Below, piece by piece: positions 46,981 through 58,400 of a stretch of DNA of 64,000 nt; positions within the stretch are counted from its first letter, which is position 1, and each line of letters begins with the position of its first letter. This DNA is from an uncultured virus (IMG/VR IMGVR_UViG_3300020458_000003). Lineage: Duplodnaviria; Heunggongvirae; Uroviricota; Caudoviricetes. Under the pieces are notes generated by a model. It searched no databases and had not been told where the DNA came from. It was given only the letters and a program-made list of their open reading frames with translations. Both the position numbers and the translations under genes were made by a program. Location of the stretch: IMG/VR virus record IMGVR_UViG_3300020458_000003. The stretch is one strand, 5' to 3'.

Positions 46981-47457
46981 CTATTCGATCCCAACTTGGA
47001 ATAGTACTCGACTGCTGGGACTGTCTACCCAACACTCAAACCCAAGCATCACAGAACTAAATCGAGTTCCCTTGTTAATCTCAAACGCCTGCTTAACGAT
47101 GGCGTTGCTAAATGTCCAATCCTCTTTGACTCCATCCAATTTAAGCACAGCAAGATAAGATTCCTGACGCATGAGCGAACCGAATGCGGGCAGAATACCT
47201 GGCCCACCGGCTCTCGAAAACGCCGTCAACTTGTGGACTTCCGTGGCGTCGTACTTAGTGAGATCACAGGTGACCGATGCCGTTGCTCCAATGAGTTGCG
47301 CATCGGAAGGGGGGCCACTGGCCCCACCGTAGTCATCAGAAGGAATCTCAATCCATCGAGGATCTATACGGATCTGTACACCGTCTCGCGAGTAACCAAG
47401 TTCGATAGTGTCCCAAAGCACTGTGACGGGACCTGCGAACACATGTTCAAGTGCCAT
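46981..47457 (-). CDS. Major tail tube protein
   Basis: GPVTV...ELGYSRDGVQI......I.SD..G pattern; AGGAG RBS; position. Confidence 0.75.
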   Translation of the reverse strand: MALEHVFAGPVTVLWDTIELGYSRDGVQIRIDPRWIEIPSDDYGGASGPPSDAQLIGATASVTCDLTKYDATEVHKLTAFSRAGGPGILPAFGSLMRQESYLAVLKLDGVKEDWTFSNAIVKQAFEINKGTRFSSVMLGFECWVDSPSSRVLFQVGIE

Positions 47458-47459
47458 AA

Positions 47460-47999
47460 CTATCCACTCCTGTAGCTTCTGCGGCGAGGGTAAAACCGAC
47501 CTCGGGCCTGATCGACTGCCAGCATCCACTCACTTTCGATTTCCGCGCGAGTGACCGTAGCGACCTTTGGGGTTCCGGCGTCAGTGATTCTCGGGACGTT
47601 AAAGACTTCAGCTCCGGAGGTCATCGCTGCAATCGCCAGGTCACTCGCCTCGCGTGCTTCTTTTCTATCAGAAGCGTGATTTCCACGATGAGGCTTGGCT
47701 TTCCAGATTTCCCAAAAAGCCACATCACACGTCAATGTCTTCAGATACTCAGAGGACTCTTCGTCATAGTTTGCGTGTCCCGAGCTCTGCATGTTGGCGA
47801 TATCATCCACCGTGTACCGCTCGGCTCTAAGCACAGCAGCCTTTAGGCGGCCAGTGGCGGACTTAAGAGCAGCTGAGAGACGAGTGTTGGCTGCCATGTT
47901 GCCAGTGGTCACACGAGTCCCGTCGTCCGCGAGTAAGTCACCCAGGGTGCGGGCGTCGTACCGAGCCAACATGTCAGCGGAATCAGCAAAAGCTGCCAT
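47460..47999 (-). CDS. Head-tail adaptor (Mu gp36/DUF1320-like)
   Basis: AFADSADMLARY...LSAALKSATG...LKTLTCDVA; follows the capsid gene. Confidence 0.75.
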   Translation of the reverse strand: MAAFADSADMLARYDARTLGDLLADDGTRVTTGNMAANTRLSAALKSATGRLKAAVLRAERYTVDDIANMQSSGHANYDEESSEYLKTLTCDVAFWEIWKAKPHRGNHASDRKEAREASDLAIAAMTSGAEVFNVPRITDAGTPKVATVTRAEIESEWMLAVDQARGRFYPRRRSYRSG

Positions 48000-48014
48000 T
48001 CGTATTCACCCACC

Positions 48015-48075
48015 AAAAAGGAACCCGACACACACCCATAAGTAAGCGCCGGGCTCCCTAACGGGGTGAGTACCG
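48015..48075 (-). promoter_or_regulatory. CGGTACT-hairpin-terminator element (copy 3)
   Basis: Same architecture as 49626-49684 and 51673-51727. Confidence 0.65.
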
Positions 48076-48094
48076 AACAGCCGATACACGGTGG

Positions 48095-49135
48095 TTAGTC
48101 AGTTGCTGCTGTGAACAAAAATCCGCTAATGAACGCAGTTCCAACTCCAGAGAAGTCGTCCACAACTCGGCCCAAGTGGCGGCGGTTGTCGCGGTCGTGC
48201 TTCGATTCGACAGTCATCTCCTCTTTAAGGAAAATTGTCACCGTCGAGAATGACGGCGCGCCTTCGATCCCCTCCAGTCCACCGACCCGAGAACACATGA
48301 ACGGGGTGGTGTCAGGCAGGACATAGCTAGTGGCCTTCGTGGCGCCCTTTTTCGAGGTCACCTTGACGGCGTCTTCAATTGCCACTTTGTACCCGTAGAG
48401 ATTCTCAGGGAGACCAAACCGGTTGGCCCGGCTAAGGGTCTTCGTGAGCTCCTTCTCAGCTGACGGCGAGCCCTTAACATGGTCAACGATTTCCTGGCTG
48501 AGCGCGATTTTTTTCGCACATCCAGGACTCATGACAATCATCAAGTCTTCGGGCTTAACCGCACCCAGAGTGGACTTGAGGATAATCTCGGCACCATGGT
48601 CAAAGGACCTCTTAATGTCCTTGCGTGCCGTGGTGCTGACGTCCCACTTTCCAGTCACGCCAGAAATCGAACTCACAGCAGACGTGTGATCTGAGGCATA
48701 GCTTCCGGATGTCGTGGCTGTTGTCACGGCTACTTGAGTTCGCCATGTCATGCATCGCTGAGCTGCATATCTGGCATGATGCGCCAGAACATCCCAAGAA
48801 GCCTGCTCGGCGGCCAGTTCTCCCATACGGAATGGGAATGCATACCGTTTCGTGACATACGAGGACCAAGTGAAGGACTCCAGATTTCCATATCCGGTTG
48901 GAGCCTCACCCTCGTCCGGCCAGAAAAAATCACCGCCATTGGTATCCAGGATGCGGCCTGCCTGTTCGACTGTCATATCGACATAGCGACCTTCGTTCTT
49001 CTCGACCGGAACGTACTGAGCCCATTCCGGCAGCGCGAACGTGTCAGGATTTCGGCTGAAATCAACCACGAGGCCGTTGGAAGCCGCATGATCTGGAATG
49101 AACGTTGTGTATTGACCCGGAGTCGACGTAGGCAT
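48095..49135 (-). CDS. Major capsid protein
   Basis: 346 aa; GGAG RBS; follows scaffold and decoration genes; VKPEDLMIVMSPG...IVDHVK. Confidence 0.8.
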   Translation of the reverse strand: MPTSTPGQYTTFIPDHAASNGLVVDFSRNPDTFALPEWAQYVPVEKNEGRYVDMTVEQAGRILDTNGGDFFWPDEGEAPTGYGNLESFTWSSYVTKRYAFPFRMGELAAEQASWDVLAHHARYAAQRCMTWRTQVAVTTATTSGSYASDHTSAVSSISGVTGKWDVSTTARKDIKRSFDHGAEIILKSTLGAVKPEDLMIVMSPGCAKKIALSQEIVDHVKGSPSAEKELTKTLSRANRFGLPENLYGYKVAIEDAVKVTSKKGATKATSYVLPDTTPFMCSRVGGLEGIEGAPSFSTVTIFLKEEMTVESKHDRDNRRHLGRVVDDFSGVGTAFISGFLFTAATD

Positions 49136-49206
49136 TGTTTGTCTCCAAATTTAAAAATCGGCCTACGACGACGACATGCTCGCCATAGGAGAGTTGGACA
49201 AAAAAG

Positions 49207-49599
49207 TCAGGCAGGAACGGAGTAGATCAGGATCATGACGTCTATCAAATCGCCAGAGATGCCGCTTTCCAGAGCGATCGCGCCGGCCACCGCAGCGGCA
49301 CCGGCTGTGACGCCCATTCCGCTGTTGTCGGGCTTAATGAAGTCGCCCTGGGTTACAGTGCCACCCAGTTCCAATTTGCAATCATCCCCGTACGGATGAA
49401 CACGGGCGTGGTCGCCGGATTCGGCATGCAGCGTGCTGCCGCCTGTCTGTGGAGCATTTTTGGTCGACTCATCGGTAATCCCGATCAACGCGGTATCACC
49501 GCTGTTGCTCTCCAAGACGGTATGTCGAGCTGCAGTGCTGACTGTAACGAACCGAGCAGGATTGATGTCGCCGCCAGCGCGAAATGTTGGAGTTGCCAT
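49207..49599 (-). CDS. Capsid cement/decoration protein (DUF2190-like)
   Basis: LELGGTVTQGDFIKPDNSGMGV...AIALESG..GDLIDV. Confidence 0.8.
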   Translation of the reverse strand: MATPTFRAGGDINPARFVTVSTAARHTVLESNSGDTALIGITDESTKNAPQTGGSTLHAESGDHARVHPYGDDCKLELGGTVTQGDFIKPDNSGMGVTAGAAAVAGAIALESGISGDLIDVMILIYSVPA

Positions 49600-49625
49600 C
49601 GTGTATTGGCTCCCGTGTGAGAAAC

Positions 49626-49684
49626 AAAAAAGCCCGACAGACTATCCCCTGGGAAGGAAATAGGTCGGGCTCGTGCGAGTACCG
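49626..49684 (-). promoter_or_regulatory. CGGTACT-hairpin-terminator element (copy 2)
   Basis: CGGTACTCGCACGAGCCCGAC...GTCGGGCTTTTTT. Confidence 0.65.
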
Positions 49685-49712
49685 AGTAAGTTTTACGAAC
49701 GATTCTGCAAGC

Positions 49713-51665
49713 TTAGGCTTTACCGTTACCGTTACCGTTGCCGTTGATATTGAAAAGAGTCTCTTCTTTAACAGACCCGCTGTTCTCAATCAGATTATCC
49801 AGCACCTTCGCATAGGTGACATTGCGCCCGGAGTTACGGTATCGCATGACCAGCTTCCCGGCCTCATCGGCGTGCTTTTCCTCTGCGACCTTCCGATTGT
49901 TTTGGCTCTTGCTGGGCTTTCGGAGACCTCTTGAAATCACTCCCGCCGGTACAGCGAAATCGCCGGAAATCTTTGTATATTTGGTGGGGATGGTCTCAGT
50001 CGTGTGCCGGTCGAACTGGTCCTCGGTGTAATCCCGGGTAAGATCCATTTCGTCATCTGGTTCAAGGCAATACCCTTCGCTCTCCAGACGCACAAAGACC
50101 GACTTCCGATTGGCGTCCCTTTCCGAGCTCTGGAGGGAATCAATCCGCTCCTCCTGTGACTCCTTCTCAACCTGCAGTCGAGAATATCGAGCCTTGAGGT
50201 TCAAATGGTCCCGATTCAACTTCGAGTATTTCTTCTTGAGACTCCCCTGTTCAGCAACAAGTTTTTTGTACTTTTGAACGGTGGGCTTCCCTTTCTTCGA
50301 GCATTTCGTAGATTTTCCGACGCTCATTTCGTCCTCGTTCATGGATCCTGAGGGCGTCGAATCGCCCGATTTTTCGGTTATGTCGTCGCCACCAATTGGC
50401 GATTTCCCATACCGTTGTGTGTACTTTTGCTTTGCGTCGTCGTCGTCGCACAGATACTTGAAGTACTTGCCGAGAATTTCTCGGTCTTCGACATCCAGAC
50501 CTTCCATGTATTTGTCCGCACGGGCTGGCGCCATTCCGTATTTCATGTACTGCCTCCCCAGTCCCCTGGCGTACATCTGATCCTCTTCGTCGAGGTCCAG
50601 CTCATCTCCTCCGATAGGTTCCGGGGGGGGGCCACCAATATCTTCTCCGAGTTCCTCGCCGCCGAGATCCAGTTCGCCTTCCATGTCCGGATCCTCCATC
50701 TCCAGTCCTGGATCACCGCCCATGTCTAGCTCATCCTCGTCGGGAAGCTCGTCCGTGAGCTCCATGCCCCCAAAAGCCTCAGGCCCAGGGGCCCCCATAC
50801 CAAGACCTTCCTCGGGCACTCCCAACTCACCGCCGCCCAACTCACCGCCGCCCAGATCCTCGGCAAGTCCTCCTTCAGGGATGAGATCCACCGGCTCCGT
50901 GTCGTCTATTGCAACCGTCGCCTGCGCCACTTCTTCTTGGATAATGGGCTTCATTGCCTCGGCAATTTGTTGGATTTCTGCTTGCGAAAGCGGCATGGTT
51001 TCACCTTTTTCGTGGCGTTGACGTTTGGTTTCGCCTGGAATGTACGTATTTGATCCACCAGGAGTGCTGGAGATCTCTTGGTACTTCAAACGCTGTCCGG
51101 GGGTCTTTTTGGAGTACCGAAGCGGACCGGGTGTGAAATAAAAGTGCGGATTGCCACCGACAGCCTTAGGGCGAGAGTAAATCATCCCCAGGTCTCGCTT
51201 GGGTGTTTCAGACCCCAGGATGGCGATGGGGTCGAAATAACGGTCCTCCGGTCGCTCTTCGGGCCATATTTCAACCGAACGACGAGGATTCCGAAGAAAT
51301 ACCTTTTCGTATTCCGGAAAGACCCAGAACTTTGTGAAAATGCACGGTCTTGGGCGCTCTTCCCCAAAGGAAGAGACATAGAACGGACCAGCAAGTCCGA
51401 TAACCGGAGGATCGTCGTTGGCGTGCTCCTTATCCTCCGCGTCTCGCGTATGTGCAAGGACCAGAGGACACCAATCTCCGCTGTCGCGGATGCGACGATT
51501 GCAATTGTCGGAGATGTGCTTTAGGAGCCTGTCGTCGTAGACAACACCGTCCTCACCTTCATGCTCATCAAACACAGCAACATGCTCGAACACTATGAAA
51601 TCACCGTCATCTGTCGGCGTTCCTCGTGTGCGAGTCGGCTGGTATTGATCAGTTGCGATGGGCAT
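49713..51665 (-). CDS. Prohead protease/scaffold fusion (Mu I-like, tentative)
   Basis: N-domain PLVLAH...PRRSVEIW...IAILGSETP; acidic linker; C-terminal coiled coil; upstream of capsid genes. Confidence 0.7.
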   Translation of the reverse strand: MPIATDQYQPTRTRGTPTDDGDFIVFEHVAVFDEHEGEDGVVYDDRLLKHISDNCNRRIRDSGDWCPLVLAHTRDAEDKEHANDDPPVIGLAGPFYVSSFGEERPRPCIFTKFWVFPEYEKVFLRNPRRSVEIWPEERPEDRYFDPIAILGSETPKRDLGMIYSRPKAVGGNPHFYFTPGPLRYSKKTPGQRLKYQEISSTPGGSNTYIPGETKRQRHEKGETMPLSQAEIQQIAEAMKPIIQEEVAQATVAIDDTEPVDLIPEGGLAEDLGGGELGGGELGVPEEGLGMGAPGPEAFGGMELTDELPDEDELDMGGDPGLEMEDPDMEGELDLGGEELGEDIGGPPPEPIGGDELDLDEEDQMYARGLGRQYMKYGMAPARADKYMEGLDVEDREILGKYFKYLCDDDDAKQKYTQRYGKSPIGGDDITEKSGDSTPSGSMNEDEMSVGKSTKCSKKGKPTVQKYKKLVAEQGSLKKKYSKLNRDHLNLKARYSRLQVEKESQEERIDSLQSSERDANRKSVFVRLESEGYCLEPDDEMDLTRDYTEDQFDRHTTETIPTKYTKISGDFAVPAGVISRGLRKPSKSQNNRKVAEEKHADEAGKLVMRYRNSGRNVTYAKVLDNLIENSGSVKEETLFNINGNGNGNGKA

Positions 51666-51672
51666 TGCGCAT

Positions 51673-51727
51673 AAAAAAAACCCAGGGACCCCCTATCGGG
51701 ATCACCGGGCTTGCTTAACAAGTACCG
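51673..51727 (-). promoter_or_regulatory. CGGTACT-hairpin-terminator element (copy 1)
   Basis: CGGTACTTGTTAAGCAAGCCCGG...CTGGGTTTTTTTT, 7 nt before the ATG. Confidence 0.65.
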
Positions 51728-51772
51728 TCTGTGTGATATATGCCTAAGTCTATCCAGTTTACTGCAAAACAG

Positions 51773-52024
51773 TCAAGACATAGATGGTGGGGGGGTTACG
51801 AAGTGTGACGGGTGCCACCTTTGGGAAAGCGCAATCAGCTCGGTCATTTGAGTTGCTAGTTGGCTAATAGCATCAGCACTCACGCGGGCTATTTCAGAAT
51901 CTGTAACCCTCAGGCACAGCATTCTTCGGTCTTCGTCTGGGAGATCCATCACTTCCGCACGGCACTTACTGCACATTGCCGGGACCCGGGCGACAATATT
52001 CGCCAAGCACAGCGAGCACTGCAT
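51773..52024 (-). CDS. Small Zn-finger protein
   Basis: MQCSLC...MCSKC. Confidence 0.6.
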   Translation of the reverse strand: MQCSLCLANIVARVPAMCSKCRAEVMDLPDEDRRMLCLRVTDSEIARVSADAISQLATQMTELIALSQRWHPSHFVTPPPSMS

Positions 52025-52027
52025 TTC

Positions 52028-52465
52028 TTATACACCTTTGGAGAGATGGTCCCAGCAGTATTTTGTTTGCTGCCGGGACATGTTCTTAAAGGTCAGTACC
52101 GCCGGAGGCATTCCATTGTGCGATGCAAACACAATGGCTTTCATCCCTACCGTGGTCTTAATTAGCCCGTGGCCGTCAAATACCAGTTGGGGGGGGATCG
52201 ACCGTAATAGCCATCGCTCGTAGTTTCTTATAAAGGTCGAAATGTCCTGGTCTCCCTTAAGTTGACACAGGACATTATCGTGTACCTCAACCCCCACATC
52301 CACCAAATGAATCACCCCACCTCTGATGTGAATCTCAGCGAGACAATGAAATTCACGTTCGTTCTGAACGCGTTTTGGGACCTCGTGACGCATAAACGAG
52401 GCGACGTCATTAACGACAGTCTGCGTCATCGCAGTCGCGTTTGGTCGCCTTTTCCTGCCCTCCAT
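52028..52465 (-). CDS. Hypothetical protein
   Basis: Colinear 145-aa ORF. Confidence 0.55.
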   Translation of the reverse strand: MEGRKRRPNATAMTQTVVNDVASFMRHEVPKRVQNEREFHCLAEIHIRGGVIHLVDVGVEVHDNVLCQLKGDQDISTFIRNYERWLLRSIPPQLVFDGHGLIKTTVGMKAIVFASHNGMPPAVLTFKNMSRQQTKYCWDHLSKGV

Positions 52466-52474
52466 GCTGCCCTT

Positions 52475-55400
52475 TTAACCGCTAACTTGATAGTGCGTCC
52501 TGCAGTAGCGCGTGACTGCCTCTCTATTGCGCGAATAACTCTCTGCTTGCGGCTTGTCCACAGAGACCATCTTTACGTTGACGCCAGTTTTGCGGAACGA
52601 TTCAGGCAGGTTAAAACTTCCTTGCGGCAGCTCTTCTGAAGACCCTCCGAGCCCACTGACCCACTCATCGAATTGTTCTCGATTCCCTCCTCCTCCTCCT
52701 GACATGATGGCAACGAGACGACCGCCGGGCTTCAGTTGCTTATATGCATGCTGAACGTGCGATATATCAGCGCCTTTCTCAAACGGCGGGTTCATCACAA
52801 TCCTGTCGTACTGTCCCTGGTGCGCTAAGAAGTCGCCATATTCGACATCATGACCCTTGGCAGACAATACCGGACTCAGCTCACGATTGAACTCCATGCC
52901 CTTTAGGTTGGCGTCTGGATGTTCGTCGCGAACAGCATCCAGGATATCGCCTTTGCCTGACGACGGCTCAAGGACATCATGCCCGGAGCGGATATCAGCC
53001 TCTGATAGCATCTGGTCGATCAAGCCTGGTGGCGTCGGGAAGAACCCTGGTATCTTGCGACCAATCAGGTCTCTTTCGGCTTTCGCTATCGGGTCCTCGG
53101 CTCCTTTTTTACCTCGGATCGGTATGTACTCTCGCAGCGCAGCGCGGAGTTCGTGCTCGTTCGTGATGCCCGCTGCATGAAGCCTCTGCATCGGCTCGGC
53201 AGCGCTTTTTAGGCTTTCGATGGTCCATTTGTGCTCCCTCGGATTCACCTTTCGGAGTTTAGCCGTGACGCTTTTTAACGCTTCCCATTGGTACTGACTC
53301 TTTAATCGTACGATACCGCGGTCACCCGCCTTCTCTGACAACTTTTTGAGGTAGTCACGTTCGTATTTAATCCCCTGCCTGCCTCGGAGCGCTTCGGACA
53401 TGCGATTGATATCACTGGACTGCAGTACGGGGTAGGGATAAGACGCATGATCCGCGTGTCCTGCCGTGATAGGCTCCTGCTGGGCATTTTCGTACGTCTG
53501 GTTGGGTAATTTTCTTCTGTCGCCTCCGTATTCTGTTTCGACGAGGTGGTCTAGCTTGTTCCACCTGGATCGATTCAAGACCGACTCTAACGCTTCGATG
53601 TGCGTACCGGCCGAAATACCGTCGAGGTACTTTGCCTGTCCGCTGTCGATAGCACTGGCTATGTTTCGCATGGTCGCAGCTCGCGCAATGTTCGACCGAG
53701 CCCTACCCTGAATTCCTGCCGCCATTTCAGCCTGTCGGGACGTGTTTGTCCTCCGGTCGGCAGAGAGGTCGGCATTGGCCGACTCGTGAAGCCTGTCCGC
53801 CATCGCATTCATCCGTTCGGCCGCGCTGGCTGACTTTAGCCGCTTATCCTCTTCCAGTCTTGCTGAAACGTCTGCATTCTCACCTTCAGTGAGTCCGAGA
53901 AACTTCTCACGGCTTTCTTCATTCTCGAAATGGAATCCGCCAGGAGTCCCCTTGTACGGCTTGTAATACCAGCCGCCAAGACGCTTAGCTTTGCTGCTCA
54001 GGTCACGAAATGTCTCACTGTCAAAGCGATCCTGGGGACTCGCCGTATAGACGTCGTAGCCTCTCTTGCTGTGGTAGTTGGTTGACAACTCAAACTCCGT
54101 GTTGCCTACCTCCACAGCCTGAACAGTCGCCTTCTCGTCCTCCTTTGCCTTTCGTGACTCACGAGACTTGTCGGCCGCCAACTGGTCGTACTGCTGTCGC
54201 TGGTCCGGTCTAAGATTCAGATATCCACCCTTTGCCTTCTCGGCCGTTTTGTACTCGTCAACCGTGGTGGGATTATTCAGCGAGCGCTCTTGGTGGGCTT
54301 TGTGTTCTTCGATTTGCTGCTTTCTATCCGCAATGCGTTCCGCGCGATCTGCCGCATGCTGTTTGATGTGTTCATCTGTCGTGTTTGCAACTGCCTCTGA
54401 CAGGGCTTCTTCGTGAGTTTCCCCCCTCGTGGGATCATAGCGAACTGATTCCCCGGTCACATGCAACTGGTCACGGATGCGGCCATAGATAGCATTCACC
54501 AGAGCTTCCTTGTTTCCACCCTGATACCTCGCGCGCGCCATCGGCCCTAAGCCGCTCAAAAGCTCCTTTTTGGTCTTGGTGCCAAGCTCGGCCTTTATTC
54601 CAGCACCGTTGTCCATGACCTTTGCATGGGCCGCTTTGAGGTCCTCAGCCGATATCGTCCCAGAATTAAGACGATCCATCACGTCATCGATATTTTGTAA
54701 GCTAATGCCGGATCCAGCTATTTTCTCCTGTTCTTGAGCTTTGAATACTTTCGGGTCGATCCCCAATAGCTTGTTCTCTGTCGTCCCGTGAGACTTCAGC
54801 GCCGAAGCGTACCGGCCGGTGAATCGCTTGTAATTTTTATTCCCAAAATGTTCGTTTTCACCAGCCACATCTCTTCGTAAATTATTGATGGCATGTACGA
54901 CGGCTTGATTCTTGTTGTCAGCCGTCCCGTGAATGTATCCCGACCCGTCGCGTTTCAAAATTCTCCAGTAGTGGCCGTGCTTCTCGACTCGACCCAACGC
55001 ATCCTCAATCTCATCTAAGGTCGGCATTCCCTGGGAGTTGATTTCGATCTTTGACGAGTCCCGTTCGGTCTCTTCGATCCCTTGGTGTGCTCTCCACTCC
55101 TCGACTGACTTGCGGATTTTGTCGCGACTAATGCCACCTTGAGAACTCATAAAGATGGATTCGGTGATGGTGCCCAGCGCTGCCGTCTTGGCTTCCCGGA
55201 CAGACTTCTTACCTGCCTCGGTTAGCATGGAGTCGAGATAGCTGGCATTGGCCGAGAGTTCTGGGGGTGCCGCCTCAGCTGGTGAGGATTCCGCAGTCGC
55301 CTCTGCCTTTTTAGAGACGATTTGCCACTTGCCAGGAGAATGCTCGCGGATAGCGTATTCCTGCCCTTCAATTCCCTTCATGCCGTCGGCCATTTTGGCT

Positions 55401-58400
55401 GCAACTGATTCACTGGCCAGGCCAGCATGAGCGCGATCCCAATCACCGTCTACCCATTCATCATTTGAAATCCGTGGGGTGTCATCGCCTTGACGAGCGA
55501 TTGCATCGTCGATCGATGATTCCTGGTCACCTTGAGAAACGGCAATCGGTTCATCTCTCTGCCGGTCCATAGCTCGCTGCCGGTCCATAGCTCGCTGCCG
55601 CGCGGGGGATGGTTGGGGCTTTGCCGCTTCTAGAAGTCGAGGCCGTTCTTCAGCTACCTCGGCGCGGAGTCCCATTTCCTTGATTGGATCCAGTCCGTGG
55701 CGCCGCATGGTGTCGCTGATATTCTCATTGTTGTCGATGGACTCTTGAGCTAGGTCGGTTGCTGCAGGTTGCTCTTTTCCTCTTGATGCTTGGGCACTAG
55801 CATTCTTTAATTCATCTTCTAGTAGACGTTTGCCTGAGGAAAGGTACTCAATATCTCGATTGAGAGCTCCCGCGCTGCCGCCGATATTTCTACCAGCCTT
55901 GACTCTCGCTTGGATTTTCTCGTCCTGTTTTTCGATGTCTTTCTCTATCGCTTCAGGACTTCGGTTAAAGCCTTCATCAATTAACGATCGAACGGCGAGA
56001 GCGATGCCATCAAAACCATCAGGAGCCAAGGAGCCGATTGTATGTGCTAAATCTGACGAACCCTGTCCTCGTTCGAGCTTTTTGAGGTTCGTCCTATTAA
56101 GCTTAAGGCCCTTCGATTCCAGGTAATCCTTGACGGCCTGCTCTGCTTCCGGCATGAATTCACTGGCATGGCGTTTTTCCTGCGGTTCTTCGGCCACTTC
56201 TTCAGTGGCAGCCTCTTCGACAGGATCCTCATCACCCCATTCCTTGGCGCCGTCCCCTGGCTCTGGGTTTATGTTCCCGCCCTGGCTCTCGACGATTGAC
56301 GGCCCGTCAAAACCTTCCATTTCGGCCGATTTGTTAAACTTCTCTAACTGTTCTCGCGCACTATCTACGCTGTCGCGGATCTTCTCCCAGGTTTCCCACT
56401 CGTAGCGGCCGTCCCCACCGAACTTCTTGTCTGCATCGCGGCCTTTTTGGAGTGACACCTCTGCGTCCTTGAGACCGTCTACGGCCTGGGTGACCATCTC
56501 CTGGACGAAGGCAGGCATGTCCTGAAATGTCTTTGTGGCTCCCTCTTCTGGTTCCGGTTCGGACGGTTCCTCGCCTTCGTTCTTGTCTTCACCAACCGGG
56601 TCACCGGGCTGCCTGGACTGTGTCGGGTAGTCCTCGATCGAGTTCTTTCCCATGTCATCGTTGGTGGCCGGTTCAAGATCCGACATGTTCACATAGTGCC
56701 GATTGCCCTTGATATCGATCAAACCGACACGGTCGGATCCCATTCCGCTCCCGCCACGCATCACACCGACAAGACCTGTCGGATCCTTAACCAGACTCCC
56801 ATACGACACTTCTCCCATCCGTGCGGATTGAGGAGACTCTGGTTCCTCCGCCGATTCTGGTTCATCCTCTTTCGGAGTGTAGTCAGGAGACCAAAACGGT
56901 TTCTTTGGTGCAAACTTAGACTCGTCGATATTTCCCGCATGCTGCTCGGTTAAAAAGTGATCAACAAGACGGTTGTAAGCTGGTTCGCCGTATCCATGGA
57001 TGTCAGAAGGGTCGCGATCTTTGCGGACAATGCCGCGACTTTTTCGGGCGTTGATGCCCCTTAAAACTGCCGACCGTTCAGAATCACTTAGACCCTCAAA
57101 CCACCTCGGGGCGTCTACTATCGCTTTGACCCGTTCGTCTCCCTTGACTTGGCGCGGGTTCCATTCTTCTTCCGGTTCCTCCGCCGCCTTCTCCTTGAAA
57201 CTACTCAGCAGCTTCAACGCCTTTTTCGGCTCCCATTTAACCATGGAATCAATTGCATCAAGAGCTTCCTTGGGGTCCCCACCGTGCTTTGCTATCGTGG
57301 CATCGGCTACTGCTTGACCCACCTCATCGAATAGCTCTTTAGCCTGGGCCTTGGCTTCCCTGTTTTCACTGAAGGCGACCTTTCGCTTATCTTTGGCGAT
57401 TTTCGCTTGCTCTCGCTTGTCGCGATCGATCTGGGAATCGAGAGACCCACTCCCGCGTTTATCGACCGGGACATTAGAAATGGCCGTATCCCCGCCAGTG
57501 TCGGTCACTGGATCGCCTTCCCGTTCTCGCTTGGCTTCCAATCGCACTTTTAATTCGTTATGGAGGTGGTCAAGCAGCTTCTCACCGTGGCCACGTCCTG
57601 CAGCATTGAAGTAGCGGTTATACGAAGAAGCGATATTGCGGTCGTAGTTCTTTCCTTGCAGTGAGTACGGCTTGGCTTCGTCTAGGACTTCCGCGTGCCG
57701 GTCAATCACACCACCAGTCGGCTCTTCGTTTGGCTCGGCGACTTCCTCTGCAGGTTTCGATTCTTCAGGCACAGGTTCTGGCGAACCCTCTTCCTCTGGT
57801 GCCGGTTCCTCTTGGTCCCGCCGCTCCCACCGAGAGTTGGCGTTAAGGACATAGGTCACGCCGCCCTCTGTCTTGGTTTCACCTTGTTGGTGTTGCGGCG
57901 TTTCAAACAATGGACCAGGAGAACCGAAGAGGTCCATCTGGCCTGGACTGGACTTTCTGCGCGCATACGATTCCGGGTAGTTGGCTTTCATGTACCGCTG
58001 GACGGCATCCTCGGCATACGTCATTCGGTCGTCAGACGGGTCGAATGTTCCTTGATTGTCTGATGACTTGATTTGGTTTGGTTCGAATGCGACCCATACG
58101 CGATGTTCATGACCGCCTCCCATGATGTTTCCGCCTGTGTGCGTTAGTCCGTCGTGTCCCATCTGGCGGAATAAGTCATGCCTTTGGTCCTTGCTTAAAG
58201 GTCTCATCCCACGAGCAACCTCTACTCCAACGTAATTGCTGATCTCGTCCATCAAGCCCCAAACGGAATGCTCCTGACCGCCCTGCATATTGGGGTGCTT
58301 CTCCACCATTCGTCGGTCATTTGCATACCTGCGAAGCACTCTAGCTGCCTTTCCACGCTCACCATGAAAATCACTGGATTCGATGGTATATGCCAGAAAC

